Positions 1 to 9,455 of a DNA stretch of 64,000 bases are shown in pieces. The translations under genes and the position numbers were made by a program. The notes beneath the pieces were generated by a model that saw nothing but the letters and a program-made list of their open reading frames with translations, did no database searches and was not told where the DNA came from. The DNA is from Candidatus Obscuribacteraceae bacterium (GTDB lineage: Bacteria; Cyanobacteriota; Vampirovibrionia; Obscuribacterales; Obscuribacteraceae): assembly GCA_044229845.1 (NCBI GenBank), contig JBGASG010000002.1, forward strand, positions 96,001 through 160,000, given 5' to 3'. Every line of letters starts with the position of its first letter. Position 1 is the first letter of the stretch.

Positions 1-51
1 CGCGAGGACGCCCCTCTGCGTGTCCCCGCGGCGGACAGCCTTGTCCTTCAT
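1..51 (-). CDS. Possible 5' end of a gene running off the window (MKDKAVRRGDTQRGVLA...), possibly prepilin-like
   Basis: ATG at 51 on the minus strand, open to the window edge. The basic N-terminus ending in QRG resembles a type IV/Tad prepilin leader, but only 17 codons are visible. Confidence 0.2.
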   Translation of the reverse strand, partial: MKDKAVRRGDTQRGVLA

Positions 52-73
52 CTGGGTGTCCCGTTCATCCCTT

Positions 74-160
74 TGTTGAAATCAACAGAAGTGTTGAAAG
101 CCTTTTGCAAATCAAGCCTGCAGAGCGATTCACAGAAAAATCAACACTAGTGTTGATTTT
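74..160. promoter_or_regulatory. Two palindromic TCAACA-N4-TGTTGA sites (candidate operator)
   Basis: TCAACAgaagTGTTGA at 82-97 and a perfect 24-bp palindrome AAAATCAACACTAGTGTTGATTTT at 137-160. A third copy is at 52395-52416. Confidence 0.55.
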
Positions 161-537
161 CACAAGGCCGAGATTGAGACCACCCAAAGTTTTTCCGGCG
201 GCCTCCAACGTCATGTCACCGCGACGCGGCAAAAAGTCGCCTGCCGGATGCGCCTCATAGCGTGCCTGCGCCAGTTTCGCCCTTCAGGGTCCTGGTTTCC
301 CCCCTCGCCCAAAGCCCAAAATCCTCTCCCTGTGATGAATTGGGGCTTCTCGTAGTTTCCCCAGTGACATTGCTACTTGCAACTTCTATGCTAGGCCTGC
401 ACTCTCAAAGACCACGTTAGACCACCCCGAATAAACCGAAAACGCCGCTCCAGAGACCAAGTCCGGAGTCGCGGCGGATTCGACACGCCACAAACTCATC
501 TCCACACCTCAGCGAACCCGACCACCCCTCCCACCTA

Positions 538-3519
538 ATGTCGAATATCTTTAGCGGACTCGAAGATTACCTCGCGAAGAAAGAAGCGGACCTTCCGCCT
601 GACCAGCGCCCGCTGCAACGCGCCGAGCCGCACCGCGAAAGCAAAGGATTCTTGGGAGAGCTGGGCAATTCTTTCGCCTACAGCCTTATCGAAGACCCGA
701 TTCGGGCAGTCACCCAAACCGTCGACCAGTTCGCCAACACCAAGATGACGCAGGGCGTCACCTCGGCGTTCGCTTCGGTCGGCATCGAAAAGCCGGGAGC
801 CCCTACGGGCGCGAGCGATTGGGTCGCGCAGAACCTGGGCGGCGCCGGCGGCATGATCCTCCTTTTCCAGGGCGCGAAAAGCCTGGTCGGCAACCGCGCC
901 GGCGCATTGTTCGACAAATACGCGCTGGAACCCGGCGTCAAGCCCACGATGTTGCAGTTGTCGCAGCGCGAAGGTCTGGTATCCGGCGTCAGCGGCTTGT
1001 TCTACGGCGGCTTGATGCGCAGCAGCAACGACGCCAACGTCGGCACATCGCAATTCTTCTGGGACCGCGGCAAGCAAGCCGCCGGTGACGGCGCAGTCTT
1101 CTATACATTAGGCGCCACCACTCCATATATCAGTAAGGGTGTGACCTCGGCTTTCAACGGCATCGAACGCTCGACGACACTGCCTGTGGCGCAATTCGGC
1201 AGCTACAATTCCCTTTCCAACCGCCTGTTGACCGGTCTCATCTCAGCAGTACCCGCCGGCACGGTGGCATCCGAAGCTCATGCTCTCCAGGACGGACGCT
1301 GGCTGCCGACCGGCGGCGAATGGCTGAACGCCACCGGGTCGATGGCATTCGTCGGCACCGCTTTTGCCGGTGCTCAGTGGGCCGGCTCGCAGCGCCCCGG
1401 AACTCTATCAACTAATGCACGCTACCTGACCGACAAGATTGGACTGACGACCGAAGCACCGGCGGACGCGCCGGCACAGTTCCGCATCGTCAACGGCAAG
1501 AGTGAATTCGATGCCTTCATGAATGATCTGGCCGCCGGCAAAGAAACAGCCGATGCCCAGATTACTGTCCGCCCACGCCTCAACACTCTCACCGGTTCGA
1601 TTCTGGGCAGCCGCTTCAATTCGTTCGGCGATGCGCGCGCGATTAATCTGGTGCACCGCGGACTGGGCGGACAGCTCACCGCCGCCGAGGTCGCAGGCGC
1701 CGATCTGGTCGCCACCTGCCTGCCCATGGAAGCGACGGCTGCAGCCAAAGACGTGTTGCCTGGAAGAAACTCACCGGACGCCACCGTCGGGGACGGCACC
1801 GCCTTCATTACGCGCGGCGCGCAGAAGCCGTACGACTTCACCGTTTCGACCGAGCCGCTCAAGGTCGCAGACCAGACTTCGCAAGCGCCGGAGTCGTTCG
1901 CACTCGGCAAACGCGTCACCGGTCCTTTTGGAAAAACTCTCGATTCGCGCGTCGACGTCATGGGACAGGAGCTGGCCTCGGGCAGCATCCGCATGAGCTT
2001 CGACATATATGGCGACCGCCTCAACAACTCCATCGGTGCCGCCACCATCAGCACCATCGGTCTGACCACCAATGGCTATCCTTATTTCGAAGTCGGCGTC
2101 GGACTGAAGTCGTGGACCTTGAACGGCGAACCGCTCGTACCCGGTCGCAACTACCTCGACATCAAAGGCTCCGATGTCCTCAACTACAACAATGTCCTCA
2201 ACCTGAGATTGACCCCGGGAGCCAAGTCCGGCAAACTCAGCACTTTCGATTTCCGCTCCGAAAACCTGTTGCCTATCGAGCAACGTTCGTTCAGAGACGC
2301 GCCCGAGGCCCGCATTTCGGTCGACGGCAAACCGCTGGACGCCAATGGCGAACTGCCGGTCGGCGAACCGATCGTCAAACTGGGCGGCCGAGCAGAAGAA
2401 GGTCTGGTCGCCGGACTGACCAGCAAGGTCTTGCCGGAAATCGGCGAAACCACAATGGGCGGCCAATACGGAACAGTCGCGCGCCGCGCCGATGGACGCT
2501 TGATCTTCCGCGCCCGCGGAGGCAATTCATTCCTGAACGGACAACCGATCGCCGATGGCATGGAGATTCCGTTTGCATCGACCGACCGCCTCGTGCTGCC
2601 GGACGGCAAAGTATTGAGAGTGGACAACTATGGTCCGCCGCCGCCGGAGCCGCCGCCGAGAGAGCCGCGCGCACCGAGAGAGCCGCGTGAGCCGCGGGAG
2701 GGTGAACCCCGTGAACCGCGTGAGGGTGAACCACGCGAAGGCGAGCCACGCGAAGGCGAAGTAGTTGAGCCACGGGAAGGCGAGCCGCCCGTATCCGACA
2801 CGCCAGTCACACTGGAAAATGGCGACGTCATTAATCCGCGTACAGGCGAAGTGCTGAAGGAAGGCACTGGCGCTGAAACCGAAGTTAAAACTGCAGTCGA
2901 AGTCGATGGCACCGGCGTCCCGACCATCAAGATCGAAAACGACAACACCGGCAAAGAAACAGTCGTAGAGCCGCCGGTAGAAGTCGTCGAGCGTCCCGTA
3001 GCCGTAGAACCAGTCGAGCGCGTCGAACAACCGCCCGTTGATGCCGCTTCCACAACACCAAACCCGGTTCCGCAAAAGATCATGGGACTCGGCGAAGCCA
3101 AAGTTAACCCCGGCAAAGAGATGGTCACTGACTCCTGGAGCACGGGCATGGAAGCGATGTTGGCCAAAGCCGAGCGCGTGCAACTTCCGGATGGCTCATG
3201 GTATCCGCGCTTCAAGAATGCCAGCGACGCTCGCGACGCAGCTCGCTACTTCGGCAAGATCTTGCAATCGAAACACAGCGATCAAACCATTCGCTTCGGT
3301 CACGGCGAACAAGACGGTGGGTTCGTGCCGATGGTCGATGTCACCACGGTCACAGTGACCAAGGTGGGCAAAGGCATGGCACCGACCAGAACCACCACCA
3401 ATCAATTTGGTGCCCTCACATTCAAACCGGGTGAAGGCGACGTCAGCGTGCAGGTCACACCGCCAGCCGGTCAGCCGAGCGACATGCTGCACGTCAAGAA
3501 ACCCGCAGGCACCCCCTAA
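538..3519 (+). CDS. Large hypothetical protein (993 aa): Gly/Ala-rich hydrophobic N-terminal region, FHA-like segments, Pro/Glu-rich repeat linker
   Basis: Long ORF. Segments such as GGNSFLNGQPI...DRLVL and WTLNGEPL...DVLNY resemble the C-terminal half of FHA domains. Contains PPPPEPPP(REPREG)n repeats. Confidence 0.8.
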   Translation: MSNIFSGLEDYLAKKEADLPPDQRPLQRAEPHRESKGFLGELGNSFAYSLIEDPIRAVTQTVDQFANTKMTQGVTSAFASVGIEKPGAPTGASDWVAQNLGGAGGMILLFQGAKSLVGNRAGALFDKYALEPGVKPTMLQLSQREGLVSGVSGLFYGGLMRSSNDANVGTSQFFWDRGKQAAGDGAVFYTLGATTPYISKGVTSAFNGIERSTTLPVAQFGSYNSLSNRLLTGLISAVPAGTVASEAHALQDGRWLPTGGEWLNATGSMAFVGTAFAGAQWAGSQRPGTLSTNARYLTDKIGLTTEAPADAPAQFRIVNGKSEFDAFMNDLAAGKETADAQITVRPRLNTLTGSILGSRFNSFGDARAINLVHRGLGGQLTAAEVAGADLVATCLPMEATAAAKDVLPGRNSPDATVGDGTAFITRGAQKPYDFTVSTEPLKVADQTSQAPESFALGKRVTGPFGKTLDSRVDVMGQELASGSIRMSFDIYGDRLNNSIGAATISTIGLTTNGYPYFEVGVGLKSWTLNGEPLVPGRNYLDIKGSDVLNYNNVLNLRLTPGAKSGKLSTFDFRSENLLPIEQRSFRDAPEARISVDGKPLDANGELPVGEPIVKLGGRAEEGLVAGLTSKVLPEIGETTMGGQYGTVARRADGRLIFRARGGNSFLNGQPIADGMEIPFASTDRLVLPDGKVLRVDNYGPPPPEPPPREPRAPREPREPREGEPREPREGEPREGEPREGEVVEPREGEPPVSDTPVTLENGDVINPRTGEVLKEGTGAETEVKTAVEVDGTGVPTIKIENDNTGKETVVEPPVEVVERPVAVEPVERVEQPPVDAASTTPNPVPQKIMGLGEAKVNPGKEMVTDSWSTGMEAMLAKAERVQLPDGSWYPRFKNASDARDAARYFGKILQSKHSDQTIRFGHGEQDGGFVPMVDVTTVTVTKVGKGMAPTRTTTNQFGALTFKPGEGDVSVQVTPPAGQPSDMLHVKKPAGTP
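2647..2790 (+). repeat. Intragenic 9/15-bp repeats encoding (EPR)n/(EPREG)n
   Basis: Tandem gagccgcgt/gaaccgcgtgagggt-type units visible in the DNA and in the translation. Confidence 0.85.
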
Positions 3520-3525
3520 AACGGG

Positions 3526-5367
3526 TTACTGAATAAACGGCTTCAGCGTCACGTCTTTGAAGTAATGCGACAGTATGTTGGGCGCGTTGTAGCCCTGTTC
3601 GGCGAGCCCTTTGGCACCGTACTGCGACAGCCCCAGCCCGTGCCCGAAGCCGCGTCCCGCAAACACATACGCTTCATTCGCATGACCGACATTGAAACAA
3701 CTGCTCGGCAGACTGAGCATGCCGCGAATCTGTTCACCGGTGATATACGTGGTGCCGCGCGTACCTGTGACCAGCAACATCTTCACCCGCGACGAGTTGC
3801 CACGCGACACAGGAAGAATGGCCAGCAATCCGCCGACATCGCGCTTGGTGCGAGCCAGCGCCGCTTCCAGTTGTCCCACACTCACGGTGCGCGTCCATGT
3901 AAAAAGCGGCGAGCCGTCATCGTAATCAGGCACGGACTTCAGATATGGAACCGGTCTGCTCCAGACATTCTCGGCAGTTTCGGTGCAGCCGCCGCTGGTG
4001 CTGTGGAAGAAAGCCGTCACCACCTTATCGCAGTGGTAAAGCACCAGCCCGCGTGTTTCGGCAACCGCCTGGTTGCTCGATTCCTGTTCGGATTGAACCC
4101 CAGAATAAACCTGATCTTCGATGGTCGGACGTACGTCGAATCCCTGCGAACCGTTCTTGCCGATGTTCGAGATGGCATAAGAGCGAGCCGCGATGGCTTG
4201 CGCTTTCAGCGCTTCCAGCGGCCACGACGAGGGCATCTCGGAAGGCACCACGGACAGCAAGTAGTCTTCCACATCTAACACATTGATGACATTGAAGTTA
4301 TCGGGCGTCTTGACGTTGGCGTTCACCAGCAGCGAACCGCGGTAGAGTTTGCCGTTCACGCCGACCACACCGTCTTCGCCCTGCGGCATAATAAGGTAGC
4401 CGGTCGAACCGAAGTTGCCGGCGCCGCTGCCGGGGCGATTCTGAAATGGCACCAACGGCATCGAGAGGCGCGGCGCCGGGTCACGCATGGTCTCCGGTGC
4501 CCGTTTGAAGTCACCGAACTGCGGCACCGAGGGCGGTGCGGCACTGGGTGCGTAGGCTACCGGTTGGTAATCGGCATTGTTGCGCCGCGCGACGAGCATC
4601 TGGTTGAGGCGGGCATTGCCGCAGCGACCTTCGAACTTGATGCGATTGCCGGCGGCGATGTTGTTGGTCGAGACAGACCAGAAACTTTGCTTGGGCAACT
4701 CAGCGAGCGCTTCGCCGGTGCTCAAATCCACGAGGCGCGCGCCGTCGGGCAAGGAGACATTAACGGAAGAAACGCCTAGCGCCAGCGCTACGCGGATCGC
4801 CGTCTTGCGATTATCGGTCACCGTTGGTGGTGCCATGAGCTCAGCGACAGGCGGCGGACTCATAGGAGCCGGCAGCATCCCGGCACTCTCGGGAGCGACG
4901 GGCATCATACGAGAGCTGAGCGGCATCAAGGCTCCGGCTGAACGCGTCTGGAGCGGCGGGGCGGCAGCCTGAGGCGTTCCGTCCTGCGGACCGGAGTAAA
5001 TGCGCCAGCCGGCGGCTGGTGGCGCCGGTGGTGCACCGACGCTGCCGTACATCAAGGCGTTATTGTTTCCTTGCGCGTTAGCAGCCGCTGCAGCAGCAAA
5101 CATAACGGCGAGCGCGGCCATCGTGTAGCCGCGCATGCGCACCTTCCAAGGATTGACACGCAGTTCGCTGGTCATCGGGCGAGAAAATCTGCGACCCGGC
5201 TCGACGCCCTCAAGCAAGCGAGCAGCACGCCACGAAGGCTTTGCTGTCGCCTCCTCGGCCTCGGTTGCCCGCCTGGTCTCATCATCTAAGACGCCTTGCA
5301 CCGCTGCCAATGCGGCAGCGACCTCATCTTCGTTGGCGTCTTGCGACTCGAAACGAATGTCCCTCAT
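3526..5367 (-). CDS. SpoIID/LytB domain-containing protein (lytic transglycosylase family)
   Basis: Motifs YRG...VIN.LDVEDYL..VVPSEM..SWPLEALKAQAIAARSY and GRGFGHGLGLSQYGA. An alternative start at ATG 5136 precedes a signal-peptide-like segment. Confidence 0.9.
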   Translation of the reverse strand: MRDIRFESQDANEDEVAAALAAVQGVLDDETRRATEAEEATAKPSWRAARLLEGVEPGRRFSRPMTSELRVNPWKVRMRGYTMAALAVMFAAAAAANAQGNNNALMYGSVGAPPAPPAAGWRIYSGPQDGTPQAAAPPLQTRSAGALMPLSSRMMPVAPESAGMLPAPMSPPPVAELMAPPTVTDNRKTAIRVALALGVSSVNVSLPDGARLVDLSTGEALAELPKQSFWSVSTNNIAAGNRIKFEGRCGNARLNQMLVARRNNADYQPVAYAPSAAPPSVPQFGDFKRAPETMRDPAPRLSMPLVPFQNRPGSGAGNFGSTGYLIMPQGEDGVVGVNGKLYRGSLLVNANVKTPDNFNVINVLDVEDYLLSVVPSEMPSSWPLEALKAQAIAARSYAISNIGKNGSQGFDVRPTIEDQVYSGVQSEQESSNQAVAETRGLVLYHCDKVVTAFFHSTSGGCTETAENVWSRPVPYLKSVPDYDDGSPLFTWTRTVSVGQLEAALARTKRDVGGLLAILPVSRGNSSRVKMLLVTGTRGTTYITGEQIRGMLSLPSSCFNVGHANEAYVFAGRGFGHGLGLSQYGAKGLAEQGYNAPNILSHYFKDVTLKPFIQ

Positions 5368-5445
5368 ACAATGGATTATATAGCCCGGCGTTTCTCAATA
5401 AATCATGCCCTTGCCAACAGTACAACTGGCGGTTATCCGCGCTAT

Positions 5446-5690
5446 TTACTTCCCTGCCGGCTGAAAACTGCCGCCGCCGCGACCGTTGAAGACGTTGTAG
5501 TCGAAGGTAAATTGAATGTCGATGTTCTCCGGCGAACCTTGAGGCAAGGGACGAAACGGCGCGGCATTCTGCACCGCCTTCATGGCTGCCTGATCGGCAA
5601 TAGCCACACCGGAAGACTTGTGCAGTTTCAAGTCCGATAACTCACCCTGCGGAAACCATGCTCGCTTGATGCGGCGCTGCAAGTCAGCAC
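5446..5690 (-). pseudogene. Remnant of a TonB/TolA C-terminal domain gene (5'-truncated, internal deletion)
   Basis: Translates as ADLQRRIKRAWFP|QGELSDLKLHKSSG...ADQAAMKAVQNAAPFRPLP...IQFTFDY. The first beta strand is missing, and there is an in-frame stop just upstream with no N-terminal anchor. Confidence 0.6.
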
Positions 5691-5696
5691 TCTCAT

Positions 5697-6710
5697 CTAC
5701 AGTCCCTTATTGGAAGTGGCGGCGGTCACAGGCGCTTTGGAGTGCTCGTCGAGCCAAGCCAGCAGTTGCTCCATGATGCCGTCGATCGTTTCGAACTGTG
5801 CTTCTTCGAAGGTGAGGTGCTCGCCGTTGGCGATCACGATGCAGCGCGTATCTGGTGATTTGATTTCGTTGGTGACGTTGAGCGTGCTGGAAGCCTTGAC
5901 CAGCATATCCTTTTCACCTTGAACGACCAACACCGGCGTCTTAGTGATGCGGCGGGCGCATTCGACGTTGCCCTCGCAAAGTTTCTGGAAGTGAATCAGA
6001 TCCATCGGCGTCAAATCAAAACGCGCGAATTCGTCCTTGTGCCACTCCTCCCGCAAGTCTTCCTTGACGGTGGAGCGCATTAAGATCGGCGCCACGTCCA
6101 TTGTCTTGCCCGGGCGCAAAAACAGGTTCATGCCCACCTTCACCGAATCGGACATCATGTGCCAGCGGTCGCCTGCCGGCACCGAGGCAATCAAGCCATC
6201 GATCAATTCAGGGTAGAACGAAGTGGTGCGCACGGAGATGGCGCCGCCCATCGACTCACCAAGCAGGAAGACCGGCTTATTCGGATGCTGGGCGCGAATA
6301 AACCGCAGAGTCTTCGCCACATCTTCAATCGTGCCGTGGAAATCCAAATGCCGCACCTCGGGCATCTTCTGGAAAGACCCGAAGCCGCGCACATCCATGG
6401 CATACACCGCCCAGCCTTTGGGCGCCATCCGCTCACCGAATGTTCTGTAGCAGCCTTTGTGCAGTCCCAGTCCGTGCACGCAAAGAATCACACCCTTGAG
6501 CGGCACAGACTCGTCGATCCACGTCATGCATGGCGTGTCGTTGACGAATTCGGAATTGCCCTTTTCATATTTCGGTTTGGCACCAGGGGCGGTATCATGA
6601 AGCTTTTCGGTATCGTCGCCCCTGAGCAGCTGGGCTTGCACCACCGGCATCGTCAGCGCCAGCGCCGCCAGGGCAGCGAGGAGGGCGATCCGCAACTTGA
6701 TGAGCTTCAT
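5697..6710 (-). CDS. Secreted alpha/beta hydrolase (lysophospholipase/monoacylglycerol lipase-like)
   Basis: Signal peptide; motifs VHGLG, D.RGFG, nucleophile GESMGG, QGEKD and GEH. Confidence 0.9.
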   Translation of the reverse strand: MKLIKLRIALLAALAALALTMPVVQAQLLRGDDTEKLHDTAPGAKPKYEKGNSEFVNDTPCMTWIDESVPLKGVILCVHGLGLHKGCYRTFGERMAPKGWAVYAMDVRGFGSFQKMPEVRHLDFHGTIEDVAKTLRFIRAQHPNKPVFLLGESMGGAISVRTTSFYPELIDGLIASVPAGDRWHMMSDSVKVGMNLFLRPGKTMDVAPILMRSTVKEDLREEWHKDEFARFDLTPMDLIHFQKLCEGNVECARRITKTPVLVVQGEKDMLVKASSTLNVTNEIKSPDTRCIVIANGEHLTFEEAQFETIDGIMEQLLAWLDEHSKAPVTAATSNKGL

Positions 6711-6724
6711 TGGCGTTTCTTCCT

Positions 6725-9298
6725 TTACTTCATACCGACGACAACGTCGCTGGAATAGAGTTTCTTGAGCGTACCGACGTCACGCTGCGACAACATGGGC
6801 TTGGCACCGGCGGACGGCATCGAGCAAAACATGATGTCTGTCGGTTTCGGGCTGTGCCCCATCAGTCCCAGCGAATGCCCGACCTCGTGCAGACACACGG
6901 CATTGACCTGGTTGACGGTCAACGGTGCGTCGGGCGACGGATCGCAAGTCATGATCGTGATCGTCACGTGTTCGATGCCACCACCGCGCCAGCTGACTTT
7001 GGCAACGCCGCCTTCGGACAATGATGCGGCTTCAGCCGGATCGCTGCTCCATCGGCAGTCTATGTCGGCACCGTTTTCTGAATTGACGAATGCAAACTTC
7101 ACAGCGCTGCCGGATGCATCAGACCAGGTGCTGAAAGCAGACTTGAGCAGGGCTGTGTACTCGGTCTTGTAGCCCTTGGTACCGGACCCGTTGGAGATAT
7201 AAACCTTGATCGGTCCTTTGCTGGCGCCAGCCCAGCGAATCGGCTTTTGCTTGGTGGCATAGGCGAAGTAATCAATGGCATCTTTAAGACCGGCGACTTT
7301 CTCCACCATCGATTGGTCGGCGGCTTCCTCAGCCAAGTGATCCGAAAGGTCTTTGGCTTTGGCAGCCAGGGTGTCTTTCGGGAAGCGGCGAACGAACTCT
7401 CTATATGTAGCGACCGACTCCTTCAAGTGCCCGCCCATCTGGAAGGCGCTGGCCAGGTTCACCCAGGGCGCCGGCTTGGTGGCATCGAGGGCGATGGCAT
7501 CTTTGAGGTGATCGATGGCATCCTCCTGATTGCCGGTCTGAATCATGGCCAGCCCGATATTGGTGTGCGCCGAGGGCAATGTGTTGCACATGCTGAGCGC
7601 CTTGTTCAACAGTTCAATCGCCAGCTTGTACTTCTCTTCGCGAATCAGTTCATACGCCTGGTTAGCCAGGAGCATCGCCTTGTACTCGTCTTCGGTAATC
7701 AGCTTGCCGCCGGCCAGATACTGGATACGACCCCAGTTTTTGGGATTGGAGACGCCACCATTGACGGCGGCATGTCCGATCAGGGTTTTGCTCCCAGATA
7801 TTTGCCAGGGACGAAACTCGTCAGGCGTCGACTTCTCAGACTCCAGTCCAGGCATATGCACTATTCGCGGAGTGCTGGCGCTGGCAATCTGGGTCGTCGT
7901 GCCGCTGCTGCCCTGTCCGACCGTCGTGGTGCCGGAGTCGGGCAAGCTGCCGCCTTCCTGTGGACGCGGAATGTTTTTGTTTTCGACCGGCGGACGTGGA
8001 ATGTTTTTCTCCTCATCCGGCGGACGCGGAATGTTCTTGTCCTCGACCGGCGGCGTCGGGATGTTCTTCTGCTCGACCGGCGGACGCGGAATGTTCTTGT
8101 CTTCGACCGGCGGTGTCGGAATGTTTTTGTCTTCGACCGGCGGACGTGGAATGTTTTTGTCCTCCACCGGCGGCTCGGCGATCGGCTTGGTCTCAACCGG
8201 CGGACGGGCTATGTTTTTGTCTTCGACCGCTGGGCGCTTGATGTCTTTTTTCTCAGCAGCCGGGCGTTTGATGTCTTTGTTCTCGACCGGCGGACGCGGA
8301 ATGTTCTTATCTTCGACCGGCTTGGTTTCTAGGTCCTGGGTATTCTCGGGCGCGGTCTTCAACGTGCCTTCGTCTCCGCCATCGTCATCGGGCTTGAGTT
8401 TCGGGGTCTTGGCAGGCTTCGGAGGTTTCTTCTCCTCAACAGCCTTAGCAATCGCGGACTCAAGTGATATCGGCTTGGCTTTCGACTCCCAGTTACCGGT
8501 CGGCTCGCCTTCCAGAGCACCGTCATCGCCTGTGTACGGGGTGTTCAATTGTTGTTGAATGAAACGCAAGTTTTCTTTGGCGGCGTCCAATGCAATCGAG
8601 CTGCCCGCCGAGCGTCTCAACACATCGATGGATTTTTTGGCGGTGGTTTCGGCTTCATTGAGATTGCCCAGGTTGGCTTGCGACTGGGACAAGAGGGTCA
8701 ATGCATAACCGGCTTGTTGGCTATTGGCGCCGTATACGGACTCCTGGACGTTGACTAATTGCTTGTAGGTCTTATTGGCATACTGGTAATCGCTGGCCAT
8801 GATGGCTGTGGAAGCCAGGACCGGCAAAATTTTGGTGAGGCGTTGATCGGTCGGACCGTACTTGTCGGACCAGATCTGCACGACGCGCTTCAGCCAGACT
8901 TCAGCCGACAGCGGCTTTTCCTGCTGAGCGCAGACAGACAGCCCGTAGAGAGAATCCGCCACTTCCAAGCTGTCCGGTCCGAACCCCTTGGTCAGCCCCG
9001 GCAGCGACTGCTCGAAGTAGTCTTTCGCTTTCAGGTAGTCCTGCTGCCCGAGATACATCTGAGCGTAGAGCTGGTTGACCTGAGCCAGACGCGGGTCGTT
9101 GGTGGGAAACGCAGCCGTCTGCTGCACGGCCGTCTTCAGCGTCTGATTGGCGAGGTCATACTGCCCGGCGGTGATTTGCTGGCGAGCCGTGTCTACTGAA
9201 ACCTTCCAGGGCTCCTCTTTCTTGCCGGCATATACCGGTGTCGACACCAACAGCTGCATGCCAATACTCAGCGCCAGCGTGCGTTTCAGGAATTGCAT
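6725..9298 (-). CDS. Secreted TPR-repeat protein with C-terminal matrixin-type (M10-like) Zn metalloprotease domain
   Basis: Signal peptide, two TPR blocks, HEVGHSLGLMGHS zinc motif followed by the Met-turn DIM. Confidence 0.9.
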   Translation of the reverse strand: MQFLKRTLALSIGMQLLVSTPVYAGKKEEPWKVSVDTARQQITAGQYDLANQTLKTAVQQTAAFPTNDPRLAQVNQLYAQMYLGQQDYLKAKDYFEQSLPGLTKGFGPDSLEVADSLYGLSVCAQQEKPLSAEVWLKRVVQIWSDKYGPTDQRLTKILPVLASTAIMASDYQYANKTYKQLVNVQESVYGANSQQAGYALTLLSQSQANLGNLNEAETTAKKSIDVLRRSAGSSIALDAAKENLRFIQQQLNTPYTGDDGALEGEPTGNWESKAKPISLESAIAKAVEEKKPPKPAKTPKLKPDDDGGDEGTLKTAPENTQDLETKPVEDKNIPRPPVENKDIKRPAAEKKDIKRPAVEDKNIARPPVETKPIAEPPVEDKNIPRPPVEDKNIPTPPVEDKNIPRPPVEQKNIPTPPVEDKNIPRPPDEEKNIPRPPVENKNIPRPQEGGSLPDSGTTTVGQGSSGTTTQIASASTPRIVHMPGLESEKSTPDEFRPWQISGSKTLIGHAAVNGGVSNPKNWGRIQYLAGGKLITEDEYKAMLLANQAYELIREEKYKLAIELLNKALSMCNTLPSAHTNIGLAMIQTGNQEDAIDHLKDAIALDATKPAPWVNLASAFQMGGHLKESVATYREFVRRFPKDTLAAKAKDLSDHLAEEAADQSMVEKVAGLKDAIDYFAYATKQKPIRWAGASKGPIKVYISNGSGTKGYKTEYTALLKSAFSTWSDASGSAVKFAFVNSENGADIDCRWSSDPAEAASLSEGGVAKVSWRGGGIEHVTITIMTCDPSPDAPLTVNQVNAVCLHEVGHSLGLMGHSPKPTDIMFCSMPSAGAKPMLSQRDVGTLKKLYSSDVVVGMK
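7959..8318 (-). repeat. About 12 x 30-bp intragenic repeat encoding VEDKNIPRPP-like decapeptides
   Basis: Directly visible tandem units, e.g. tcgaccggcggacgcggaatgttcttgt. Confidence 0.9.
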
Positions 9299-9455
9299 GA
9301 AGTCACCTGCAAAAGATAGGGGTTATGGAGACACGAGCCATTTTATCCCGTCTGCGCCCGGTTGAGCCACGGCACGGGCAATGCCTCACGACCTTTTACA
9401 GGATCCTTACCGGCAGGCGGGAGTAGTTAGGAGGGATTAGCGAGAACACACCCTT

